51,108 bases of DNA, from the NCBI GenBank assembly GCA_050728695.1, contig JBOHJV010000001.1, forward strand, positions 1-51,108, in the 5' to 3' direction. This document shows positions 1 to 8,715 of this stretch, piece by piece; within the stretch, counting starts at the first letter, position 1; each line of letters begins with the position of its first letter. The position numbers and the translations under genes are program-made. Below the pieces are notes generated by a model, which was not told the origin of the DNA, made no database searches, and worked only from the letters and a program-made list of their open reading frames with translations. The stretch comes from Methylocella sp. (lineage in GTDB: Bacteria > Pseudomonadota > Alphaproteobacteria > Rhizobiales > Beijerinckiaceae).

Positions 1-137
1 CCGCCCGGCAGTTCCGAGCCGGATGATATCCGCGTCCTCCTGCGGACGATAAATGCAAAGCTCGACAACCCGCCCGTCCCTGGAGACGGGTGAGAGATCG
101 GGAATTGACGCCCGCGGGGATATGGGACGCGGGTGCT

Positions 138-935
138 CTAACCCCGGAGCAGGCTTAACGCTTGAGCGTGAATGCTGGCGTTGGATGAGGCGACGACGTC
201 GCCGCCTCTTGCCGGACTACCGCCGTCCCAGCGCGTCACAATTCCGCCGGCGCCCTCGACGATCGGCACCAGGGCAACAATATCGTGGACCTTCAGATCC
301 GGTTCGATCACGCAATCCACATGGCCCGCCGCAAGCATCGCGAAAGCATAGCAATCGCCGCCATAGCGCGACAGGCGCGCCCTCGCCTCGATCCGGTGGA
401 ATGCCTTGAGCTTTGCGGCAGAGTATAATAACGGCGATGTTGTCATCAGCGTGGCCTGCGCGAGCTTCTCGCAACGCCCGGTGGCGAGCTTGCGCTCCGT
501 CATCCGATGATCGCACCCTGGACCGCGCCATACCGCGCCCCTCCCATCGCCGGTAAAACGCTCTAGGGTAAAGGGTTGAACCATCATGCCATAGGCCGGG
601 CAGCCATTGTGCAGAAGCCCAATGAGACTCCCCCACACCGGCATGCCGGCGATAAAGCTCTTGGTGCCGTCGATCGGATCGAGCACCCAAACATATTCCG
701 CTTCGCTTTGAACCGGACCGAATTCCTCGCCGATGATGCCGTGATGCGGGAACGTTGCCTGGATGAGACGCCGCATCGCCGCTTCCGCCGCACGGTCCGC
801 CTCCGTCACGGGATCGAACATTCCTCCGGCGCTTTTGTCCTCGGCGCTAAGCGCGGTACGAAAGAACGGCAGAATTGTATCGGCCGCGACATCGGCAAGC
901 TTCTCGACGAAAGCGGCGAAATCCACGGTTGTCAT
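138..935 (-). CDS. hisN: Histidinol-phosphatase, inositol monophosphatase family
   Basis: Real start is MTTVDFAAF (ATG at 935). IMPase motifs DPVTEADRAAE, GEEFG, WVLDPIDGTKSF and YGGDCY are present. The upstream part of the 508-aa ORF is a shadow of the nitrate reductase gene. Confidence 0.88.
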   Translation of the reverse strand: MTTVDFAAFVEKLADVAADTILPFFRTALSAEDKSAGGMFDPVTEADRAAEAAMRRLIQATFPHHGIIGEEFGPVQSEAEYVWVLDPIDGTKSFIAGMPVWGSLIGLLHNGCPAYGMMVQPFTLERFTGDGRGAVWRGPGCDHRMTERKLATGRCEKLAQATLMTTSPLLYSAAKLKAFHRIEARARLSRYGGDCYAFAMLAAGHVDCVIEPDLKVHDIVALVPIVEGAGGIVTRWDGGSPARGGDVVASSNASIHAQALSLLRG

Positions 936-1090
936 TGGCTGCCGGTTGCGTTCGCGGAGGCCGCTAGTCGTTCGTTGCCACGCCGGCGCGCAGGCCGCAA
1001 GCCAAAATCCGAACCTTGACCCGGCGTGGCGCCGGCCACGCGTTCGAAAATTCGCGACGGGCGGGTTTCCAAATAAAACGGACCGCTGGC

Positions 1091-4090
1091 TCAAGCTGGC
1101 AGAACCGCGTTCGCCTTGCCTTGCGTCCGCGCGGCCGCGATCATTCGCCTTAGCTCGGGCAGGCACGATCCGCAATTCGTGCCGGCGTTGAGCCGCGCGC
1201 CGACCGCCTCCATCGAACATGCGCCATCCGCTATCGCCGCCAAGATGGCCCGGGCTTTCACGCCAAAGCACGCGCAGATTGTGGGGCTTGCGTCGAAGTC
1301 GGCGGACTTGCTTTCGCCCGCCAGGAGAGCGCGGCACGCGGCGCCGTCGAGCCGTTCCAGCCGCCACGCCTCTGCAAGACCGTTCCACGGCGGAACTTCT
1401 CCCCTCCGCCCAAAGGAGAGCGCCACGTCGAGCTTCCCACGCAACATCAGCGCGGCGCGAAAAATGCCTTTCGCGCGATCGTCGTAGCTCGTCTGCGTGG
1501 CCGCGGGTGATCTGGTGGAAAAGGTCTCTAACAAAGCCGCGACAGGCTCGTTCGTCGCAAATCGCGCGGCAAAGCCGCCCTCGATGGCGGTCCAAGCAAA
1601 GACGGTGGCGCCCGGCAACGGCACGCGGGCGTGTGCGAGAACAAAGCCGTGCGCGGAGAAGCACACCGGCGCCAGCGCCGCCGGAACTGCCTTCGAGTCC
1701 GGCTGTCCCGAGTGGGGATCGGTGAAGGAGTGGACGAGCGCGCCCGCGCGCGCGCGGGCCGCGGTCTCGTCGTTCCAGTGAATCGGGACGAAAATGCGCC
1801 CCGGGACTTGCGCGGTGGTAATATTAACACGCAGCACGGCGTTCGCGTGCGCCGTGCTAACAAGGGCGAACCTGTCGTCGCCGAGGCCGAGCCTCGACGC
1901 GTCGTTTGGATTCACCTCGACAAAGGGATCTGGCATGTGACTAGCGAGTTTCGGCGAGAGGCCGGTGCGGGTCATCGTGTGCCATTGGTCGCGCACGCGC
2001 CCAGTGTTCATAAGGAAAGGAAAGTCGGCATCCGGCGCTTCCGCCAGGGCAGGCTCCTTGATGGCGATGAAGCGGGCCCGGCGCGACGGCGAAAAGAAAC
2101 GTCCGTCCCCGAACATTCGCTTTGTTCCGCCTGCGCCGCCGGCGGGGGCCGGCCATTGCAGCGGCGCGAGCGCATCGTAATCGGCGTCGCTTAGCCTCGC
2201 GAGGCCGCCGAGATCGAAGTCGCGGGTTCCGTTGTTCTCGAACGCGGAAAGCGCGGCATGCTCGCGGAAGATCGCGGCCGGACCCGGATAATAGAATGCG
2301 GCGCCAAAGCCCATCCCCTTGGCGACTTCCGCCACCGCCCACCAATCGGGCTTAGCCCCGCCCGCGGGCGGCGCGAAGGCGCGCTGGCGCGAGATTCGCC
2401 GCTCGGAATTGGTCACCGTCCCGTCTTTTTCCCCCCAGGCCGCGGCTGGCAAAAGCACATGCGGGCCAGCGGCGATCGTATCGGTCGAGCGCACATTATC
2501 CGAAATGACGAGGAGATCGAGCTTGCGCAGCGCAGCGCGCGCATGGTCGGCGCGCGGCAGACTCACGGCCGGATTGGTGGCCATGATCCACAACGCCTTG
2601 ATCTTCCCACGCGCGATGGCCTCGAACATCGCGACGGCCTTGAAGCCTTCGTGCTGGGCCATGCGCGGCGCCCCCCAAAAGCGGCCCACGCGCTCGATCT
2701 CGGCCGCCGAAAACCCCATATGCGCGGCGAGCTGATTGGCGAGGCCGCCGACTTCCCGCCCGCCCATCGCATTCGGCTGCCCGGTCAAGGAAAACGGCCC
2801 AGCGCCCGGAATGCCAATGCGGCCGGTTGCAAGATGGCAATTGATGATGGCATTGACCTTGTCGGTGCCTTGCCAGGATTGGTTGACCCCCTGGCTATAA
2901 AGCGTCACGACGCGCTCCGTCGCCGCGAAGAGACCAAAGAAAGCGGCAATGTCGGCGCTCGCCGCGCCGCATTTTTTGGCGACGGTGGCAAGGTCTGGCG
3001 CGATTTTACGCGCCGCGCCAAGCGCCGCCTTGAAGCCCGCGGTGCGCGCGCGGCCAAAGGCGTGGTCGATAAACCCGCCGTCGGCCAAGTGAATGAGGAG
3101 GCCGCAAAACAAAACTGCGTCCATGCCGGGCATAATCGTTAGCGCGAGATCGGCGGTTTCGGTCGTCGCCGTGCCGCGGACGTCGATGGTGGCGATGCGC
3201 GCGCCGCGCTTCTCGCGCGCCTGCACCATCCGTTGATAGAGCACCGGATGGCACCAGGCCGCATTCGATCCAACGAGCACCAGGAGGTCCGCCTCGTCGA
3301 GGTCTTCGTAGCAGCCTGGCACCGTATCCGACCCGAAGGCCCGCGTGTGCCCGGCGACCGAGGAAGCCATGCAGAGGCGTGAATTCGTGTCGACATTGGC
3401 GGAGCCGATAAAGCCTTTCATCAACTTGTTGGCGACGTAATAATCCTCGGTGAGCAATTGCCCCGAAAGATAGAACGCGACGGCGTCCGGACCATGCCTT
3501 TCCATGGTTTGCCGCAATCCTCCGGCAATGCGATCGAGTGCTTCGTCCCATGTCGCGCGCGCGCCGTCCACCATTGGATGCAGGAGCCGCGTTTCGAGCC
3601 CCAAGGTCTCGCCGAGCGCGGAGCCCTTGGAACAGAGCCGGCCGAAATTCGCCGGGTGGCTTTTGTCGCCGGCGATGGCTGCCCCGCCGGCGCCGTCGGG
3701 CGTCGCCACGACGCCGCAGCCGACTCCGCAGTAGGGACAGGTCGTTTGGACATCTTTCATGGGTTCCGGATAGAGGAGAACGCGCCGGTCTCTCACTTGA
3801 ACCGGTACCTTGCGCGTGCAGCCGCGGTCCGGAGCCACGGCTTCCCCGGTGGCGAGGTCGACGACCCAATTATGTAGCGGACAGGTCACATGTCTGCCAT
3901 GGACGATGCCTTGTGATAAGGGCCCGCCCTTATGAGGGCAGCGGTCCTCAAGCGCAAAGATTTCGTCCGCCGCGGTCCGGAACACCGCGACGTCGCCCCG
4001 CGCCGTCGCGACAACGCGCGACCCTAATCTGGGGATGTCGTCGATAACGCCGGCTTCCCGCCAGCCTTCCAGAAAGTCAAAACCAATCAT
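1091..4090 (-). CDS. Fusion of Rieske ferredoxin (NirD/NasG-like) and assimilatory nitrate reductase catalytic subunit (NasA/NasC), with C-terminal BFD-like [2Fe-2S] domain
   Basis: ATG at 4090 lies just after the nirB stop. Rieske motifs CPHKGGPL and CPLHNW run without a stop into TTCPYCGVGCG..LCSKG ([4Fe-4S]), NSRLCMASS, TGQPNAMGGREVGG and TGRVRDQWHTMTRTG. C-terminus has CACFGV..CGSC. An internal Met at 3760 marks the usual NasA start. Confidence 0.9.
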   Translation of the reverse strand: MIGFDFLEGWREAGVIDDIPRLGSRVVATARGDVAVFRTAADEIFALEDRCPHKGGPLSQGIVHGRHVTCPLHNWVVDLATGEAVAPDRGCTRKVPVQVRDRRVLLYPEPMKDVQTTCPYCGVGCGVVATPDGAGGAAIAGDKSHPANFGRLCSKGSALGETLGLETRLLHPMVDGARATWDEALDRIAGGLRQTMERHGPDAVAFYLSGQLLTEDYYVANKLMKGFIGSANVDTNSRLCMASSVAGHTRAFGSDTVPGCYEDLDEADLLVLVGSNAAWCHPVLYQRMVQAREKRGARIATIDVRGTATTETADLALTIMPGMDAVLFCGLLIHLADGGFIDHAFGRARTAGFKAALGAARKIAPDLATVAKKCGAASADIAAFFGLFAATERVVTLYSQGVNQSWQGTDKVNAIINCHLATGRIGIPGAGPFSLTGQPNAMGGREVGGLANQLAAHMGFSAAEIERVGRFWGAPRMAQHEGFKAVAMFEAIARGKIKALWIMATNPAVSLPRADHARAALRKLDLLVISDNVRSTDTIAAGPHVLLPAAAWGEKDGTVTNSERRISRQRAFAPPAGGAKPDWWAVAEVAKGMGFGAAFYYPGPAAIFREHAALSAFENNGTRDFDLGGLARLSDADYDALAPLQWPAPAGGAGGTKRMFGDGRFFSPSRRARFIAIKEPALAEAPDADFPFLMNTGRVRDQWHTMTRTGLSPKLASHMPDPFVEVNPNDASRLGLGDDRFALVSTAHANAVLRVNITTAQVPGRIFVPIHWNDETAARARAGALVHSFTDPHSGQPDSKAVPAALAPVCFSAHGFVLAHARVPLPGATVFAWTAIEGGFAARFATNEPVAALLETFSTRSPAATQTSYDDRAKGIFRAALMLRGKLDVALSFGRRGEVPPWNGLAEAWRLERLDGAACRALLAGESKSADFDASPTICACFGVKARAILAAIADGACSMEAVGARLNAGTNCGSCLPELRRMIAAARTQGKANAVLPA

Positions 4091-4091
4091 C

Positions 4092-6551
4092 TTACGAATC
4101 GACTGTCGCAAGCGCGCGGAATTCAGCGGGCGGCGTCTCGCCGCGCGCCCGTTCGGCCCACGGATCCTCCTGGAAAAATTGTTGTGAATAAAGGAATCGC
4201 TCCTCGAGCACTTTCCTCCCGGCGGCGTCTTGCACGATGCGGCCCTTGACGTAGTCGAGGCCGACACGTTCGACCCAGGGCGCGGTGCGCTCGAGATAGC
4301 GGGCCTCCTCGCGGTAGAGCTGCAGGAAGGCCGCGCAGTACTCGAGCACCTCGGCCTCGGTTGCGACCTTGCACAACAAGTCGGTGGCGCGAACCTTGAC
4401 GCCGCCATTGCCCCCGACATGCAGCTCCCAGCCGCTCTCCACGGCGACGACGCCAAAATCCTTGATGGTGGCTTCGGCGCAATTACGCGGACAGCCCGAC
4501 ACCGCGAGCTTGACCTTGTGCGGATGCCATGATCCCCATGTCATCTTCTCAATCGCGATCCCCATCGCGGTCGAGTCCTGCACTCCGAACCGGCACCATT
4601 CCGAGCCGACGCAGGTTTTCACGGTTCGCAACGCCTTGCCGTAGGCATGGCCCGAAACGAGGCCAGCGTCACCGAGATCGCGCCAGACATCGGGCAATTG
4701 CTCTTTCCGGACGCCCAGCATGTCGATCCGCTGACCTCCAGTGATTTTGACCGTTGGAATAGCGTGCTTATCGACGACATCGGCAATCGCGCGAAGTTCC
4801 TTGGCGCTGGTCGAGCCGCCCCACATGCGTGGAATGACCGAGAACGTCCCGTCCTTTTGGATGTTGGCATGGGCCCGCTCATTGATGAAGCGCGACTGTG
4901 CATCGTCCTCATATTCGCCCGGCCACGCGCAGAGCAGATAAAAGTTGAGAGCTGGCCGGCAGGAATGGCATCCATCGGGTGTCGACCAGCCAAGCGCCGA
5001 CATGACGCGAGGAATTGTTTTCAGCTCTTGCTCAATGATCTGACGCCGCACTTCATCATGAGTATGCTCGGTGCAGCGGCACATCCCCGGCTCTTTGGGT
5101 TTACGGAAAGCAGCGCCCAGTGTCGCCGCCAACAGTCCTTCAACCAGCCCAGTGCAGGAACCGCACGACGCCGATGCCTTGCTGTGGGCGCGCACCTCGG
5201 CGAGCGTACTTAGACCTTTGTTCAAGATTGTCTGAACGATAGCGCCTTTGCTGACGCCATTGCAGCCGCAGATTTGAAAGTTATCAGGGAAGTCTTCGAC
5301 GCTCGGCAGCTTGATTTTCCCCATTCCGGCGACGATAGCCTGGCCAAACAGGATGGCATCCTTGAAGGGAGTGACATCCTCTTTTTTTCGCAAGAGTTCG
5401 AGATACCAGCCGCTATCGGTCACATCGCCATAGAGCACCACGCCTTCGACCCGCCCCTCGCGCATGACGAGCTTCTTGTAAACCTGACGAGTCGTGTCGT
5501 GATAGGTCAACTCGCCACAATCCTCGCCGCCACTGAAGTTGCCCGCGGAAAAGAGGTCGATGCCGGTTACCTTCAATTTGGTGGCCAACACCGAGCCGGT
5601 GTAGTTGGATGTACGCTCATCTTCCGCGAGGTGATCGGCGCACACCTTGGCCATCTCCCACAGAGGTGCGACAAGACCGTAGGTCTTGCCGCGGTGCTCG
5701 GCGCATTCGCCGACGGCGAAAATGTTGGGGTCGGAGGTTCGCATATCGTCGTGGACAACGATCCCGCGGTTGACCTCGAGGTTGGCGGCGCGCGCGAGAT
5801 CGATGTTGGGGCGAATACCGATTGCCATGACGACGAGATTGCCAGGAACCTCACGGTCATCGGCTAGCCGAACGCCTTCGGCTTGCGTGGCGCCAAGGAT
5901 TTCCTCGGTCTGGCCATTCATGAAGAAATTGATGCCCCGCTCGTCGAGCTCCCTTTGCAGCAACTTACCAGCCTGGATATCGAGCTGGCGTTCCATGAGC
6001 GTGTCCATAAGGTGCACGACCGCCACGTTCATGCCACGGCGAAGCAGCCCGTTTGCCGCTTCCAGGCCAAGCAGGCCGCCGCCGACGACGATCGCCTTCG
6101 CGTGCTGGGCCGATGCGGCGATCATTTGCTCGATATCGGCAATATCGCGAAACGTACACACGCCTTGCAGGTTCAAACCTGGAATCGCCGGCACGATCGG
6201 GCGCGACCCGGTCGCTAATAGGAGCCGGTCATAGGGTTCCACGCGTCCACTTTTCGAGATGACCGTATGCGCTGCTCCGCTGACCGAGATTATCGGGTCG
6301 CCAGTGAAAAGCCGGATATCGTTTTCCTCATACCAACTGTGCGAATTGATGACGATCTGGTCGATTTCCTTTTCGCCGGCCAAGACCGCGGACAAAAGAA
6401 TCCGGTCATAATTGACGTGCGGTTCGGCTCCGAAAACGGTGATCTGGTAGCGGTCTGGCGCGCGTTTCAGCAATTCCTCAACCGCCCGCATGCCCGCCAT
6501 CCCGTTGCCGATCACCACGAGCCGTTCTTTGGGAGGGCTGTGAAAATTCAT
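4092..6551 (-). CDS. nirB: NAD(P)H-dependent assimilatory nitrite reductase large subunit
   Basis: VVIGNGMAG (FAD) and GGGLLGLEAA (NAD) motifs, two BFD-like Cys clusters (CGCNGV..CGSC; CRC..CHSC), and siroheme/[4Fe-4S] motifs TCVGSEWCRFG and GCPRNCAE. Confidence 0.95.
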   Translation of the reverse strand: MNFHSPPKERLVVIGNGMAGMRAVEELLKRAPDRYQITVFGAEPHVNYDRILLSAVLAGEKEIDQIVINSHSWYEENDIRLFTGDPIISVSGAAHTVISKSGRVEPYDRLLLATGSRPIVPAIPGLNLQGVCTFRDIADIEQMIAASAQHAKAIVVGGGLLGLEAANGLLRRGMNVAVVHLMDTLMERQLDIQAGKLLQRELDERGINFFMNGQTEEILGATQAEGVRLADDREVPGNLVVMAIGIRPNIDLARAANLEVNRGIVVHDDMRTSDPNIFAVGECAEHRGKTYGLVAPLWEMAKVCADHLAEDERTSNYTGSVLATKLKVTGIDLFSAGNFSGGEDCGELTYHDTTRQVYKKLVMREGRVEGVVLYGDVTDSGWYLELLRKKEDVTPFKDAILFGQAIVAGMGKIKLPSVEDFPDNFQICGCNGVSKGAIVQTILNKGLSTLAEVRAHSKASASCGSCTGLVEGLLAATLGAAFRKPKEPGMCRCTEHTHDEVRRQIIEQELKTIPRVMSALGWSTPDGCHSCRPALNFYLLCAWPGEYEDDAQSRFINERAHANIQKDGTFSVIPRMWGGSTSAKELRAIADVVDKHAIPTVKITGGQRIDMLGVRKEQLPDVWRDLGDAGLVSGHAYGKALRTVKTCVGSEWCRFGVQDSTAMGIAIEKMTWGSWHPHKVKLAVSGCPRNCAEATIKDFGVVAVESGWELHVGGNGGVKVRATDLLCKVATEAEVLEYCAAFLQLYREEARYLERTAPWVERVGLDYVKGRIVQDAAGRKVLEERFLYSQQFFQEDPWAERARGETPPAEFRALATVDS

Positions 6552-6578
6552 TCTGACCGTTTCCTTGCCGTTGAAGAG

Positions 6579-6653
6579 TTAGATGCGCACGCCTCCGGCC
6601 ATGGTTGCGGCGGCGGCCATGGCGTTTCCAATGACAGCGAGAGGCTCGCTCAC
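6579..6653 (-). pseudogene. 24-codon remnant of an FAD-dependent oxidoreductase (NirB-N-terminal-like/Flp flavoprotein)
   Basis: GGAGGG RBS, then a GTG overlapping the narK stop (GTGA). Reads MSEPLAVIGNAMAAAATMAGGVRI*, resembling the VIGNGMAA FAD-binding start of nas-operon flavoproteins. CCATGGCCG is directly repeated inside. Confidence 0.6.
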
Positions 6654-7948
6654 GTGGTCGCCCTCCCCCCAAAACCTTGTTCGAGGCTGCGATCCGTCAC
6701 GGCGGCGGGGGCGCGCGTCATGCGATGAATGGCCGCGTGCATCCAGATGAGGTTCAAGGTGACGATGAGGAACAGCAACATGAAGCAGCTTGTCCAAAGC
6801 CCGGTTAAATCGTTCAGCGCACCAAAGGCGATCGGCAGCACAAAACCCCCCAATCCGCCGATCATCCCCACGGTGCCGCCCACCGGTCCGACGTGGTAGG
6901 GGTAATAGACCACGACGTGACGAAATACCGCCGCACTGCCAAGCGGCATGAATATGCCGAGGATAAAAGTCAGCGCCACGAAAGGCACAACGCCGAGTCC
7001 AAAGCCGAACCGCGAGTCGCCAAGCATGCCATGCTCGACGAAATCGGTCGCGGAACAGGCGAGAACGAAGGTGACCAGCATGCACGCGCCAAAGCACCAG
7101 TACATCACCCGCCGTGCGCCGATCCGGTCAGACAGCGCGCCGCCAAAAGCGCGCATGAGGCTAGCTGAGATCAAGAAGACGGCGCCCAATATACCGGCTG
7201 TCTTCACGTCCAAATGGTAGGCGCCGATGTAGAAGCGTGGCAACCACAGAGCCAGCGCGACAAATCCGCCAAAGACGAAGAAATAATAGAGCGAGAAACG
7301 CCAGACCTGAAGATTGGCGAGTGGCGCGAGCTGTTGGCGGAGCGTCACCGCCGGCAGTCCGCCGGCGCGGCGGGTGCGTTGCACCGGATCGTCGGCCGTC
7401 GTGAACCAGAAAATGGCGGCCATCCCCGCGAGCGCCGCCGCCCAAAACTCGGCGACCATGGGCCAGCCGAAGGCGACCATCACGAAGGGGGCAAGGAACG
7501 TGGTGAGCGCGGCGCCCACATTGCCCACGCCGAAAATGCCGAGCGCGGTGCCTTGCTTTGCTTTTGGATACCAGCGCGAGACATAAGATACCCCGACGGC
7601 AAAACTGCCACCCGCTACACCAAGGCCGAGCGCGGCCAGCAGCATCGTCTTGAAGGTGTGCGCGAACGGGAGCGTAAAGGTGGCGATCGCGGAGGCGAGC
7701 ATCACCGTCACGAAGACCAGGCGCCCGCCATAGCGATCAGACCAAATGCCCAACGGCATGCGAATGAGCGATCCGGTCAAGATCGGGGTTGCGATCAGCA
7801 AGCCAAATTCTGTCTCGTTGAGGCCGAGCTCTCCTTTGATGGCGATGCCAACGATCGAGAAGATCGTCCACACCGCAAAGCACGCGGCGAAGGCCAAGGT
7901 GCTGACGCACAAAATCCTACTGGAGGCTTCGCGCGCCTTCCAAGGCAT
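6650..7948 (-). CDS. narK: MFS nitrate/nitrite transporter, NarK/NasA/NrtP family
   Basis: About 12 hydrophobic helices and the nitrate signature GGSFAVGVSYVSRWYPKAKQGTALGIFGVGNVG, plus FGGFVALALWLP. Start MPWK (7948) has a GGGAGG RBS; an alternative in-frame start lies at 8113. Confidence 0.9.
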   Translation of the reverse strand: MPWKAREASSRILCVSTLAFAACFAVWTIFSIVGIAIKGELGLNETEFGLLIATPILTGSLIRMPLGIWSDRYGGRLVFVTVMLASAIATFTLPFAHTFKTMLLAALGLGVAGGSFAVGVSYVSRWYPKAKQGTALGIFGVGNVGAALTTFLAPFVMVAFGWPMVAEFWAAALAGMAAIFWFTTADDPVQRTRRAGGLPAVTLRQQLAPLANLQVWRFSLYYFFVFGGFVALALWLPRFYIGAYHLDVKTAGILGAVFLISASLMRAFGGALSDRIGARRVMYWCFGACMLVTFVLACSATDFVEHGMLGDSRFGFGLGVVPFVALTFILGIFMPLGSAAVFRHVVVYYPYHVGPVGGTVGMIGGLGGFVLPIAFGALNDLTGLWTSCFMLLFLIVTLNLIWMHAAIHRMTRAPAAVTDRSLEQGFGGRATT

Positions 7949-8113
7949 CTCATCAAGGCCCTCCCAAAGAAGAATTAAAGCGTCGGCGCGGCTATTCGGG
8001 AAGGCACTCCGCGCGGCATCCATCGGCGCGCCGATACTGCCGGGGCTGGCGGCCGAACCAAGCAGCGATCGGCGTGCCGGTCCGGGCGTGCGGGTCGGGG
8101 TTTTGGCATTCAT

Positions 8114-8249
8114 AGGTAAGCTCCACCGTAAAAACAAGGCCGCTGGCGGACCCCCACCACTGTGATGGTCAGTCAGCGGCGTTGCAGGACGCCTGGGCCT
8201 TTCGTTGGACCCTGTACGGACCGTAGGGAGCCGATCCATGAAACTTCGG
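8114..8249 (-). promoter_or_regulatory. ANTAR (NasT-type) antitermination leader, copy 1: dual hexaloop hairpins overlapping an intrinsic terminator
   Basis: Sense strand reads gggtcc-AACGAA-aggccc (8195-8212), then gc-AACGCC-gc (8174-8187). The 3' arm of the second hairpin starts the terminator gccgctg...cagcggc-cttgttttt. Both loops have the A1/G4 pattern of ANTAR substrates. Confidence 0.8.
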
Positions 8250-8266
8250 AGCAAATGTCGTGCCAA
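8250..8266 (-). promoter_or_regulatory. sigma54 (-24/-12) promoter of the narK-nirB-nirD/nasA operon
   Basis: TTGGCACGACATTTGCT matches TGGCAC-N5-TTGC. Confidence 0.85.
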
Positions 8267-8368
8267 GCCGGCCGCGGCGATTCCGGTCAACGCCTTGGCC
8301 GCCCCGTCCCGGCAGTCCGGGCAACTCAGGAATGTTCGCGCGGCAGTCTGCCAAAATGCTGCCCGTGC

Positions 8369-8385
8369 TGCGCAATTATTGTGCA
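8369..8385. promoter_or_regulatory. Putative NtrC binding site (enhancer)
   Basis: TGCGC-AATTATT-GTGCA versus consensus TGCAC-N7-GTGCA, about 100 bp upstream of the sigma54 -24 element. Confidence 0.65.
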
Positions 8386-8715
8386 GCGCACGCGTCCAAA
8401 AGCACGGACGCTCAACTTCTAGCGCCGCGAGGTAGGCAGGAAATCGTCGGGCGGAAAACGCGGGACCGTCGAACGCCTGGCATGGCGGCGCAGATCAAGG
8501 GCCCAGAATCGCGAATTGGCGAAAGAGCGCAAGGTTTGACGATAGTGGCCAAGACCCCGCATCGCCCGTAGCGTCTCTTATCGCACTGCCCCACCCGGCC
8601 CACCGGCATGACGGAAGGCCGAGTGGTGGAACAGCTTACCGCGAGGCTGGCCCGCAGGCGTGCCGACATTGACGTGGAGTGACGGTGGAGCATCTGCTAT
8701 CCGGTTTCAAACCAG

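Noticed and set aside
936..1664. N-terminal 240 aa of the 508-aa ORF (apparent hisN fusion)
   Set aside because: Arg-rich off-frame shadow of the nitrate reductase gene; the IMPase domain starts at Met 935.
4091..4456. N-terminal extension of the 1121-aa ORF
   Set aside because: It overlaps the nirB 3' end in another frame. The credible start is ATG 4090, so this is not a triple fusion with nirB.
8114..8290. Similar peptides (..PATPLTD..GGPP..LRWSL.M) at the start of ORFs 6650-8290 and 8716-9891
   Set aside because: The similarity comes from translating the duplicated non-coding promoter/leader, not from a shared protein domain.
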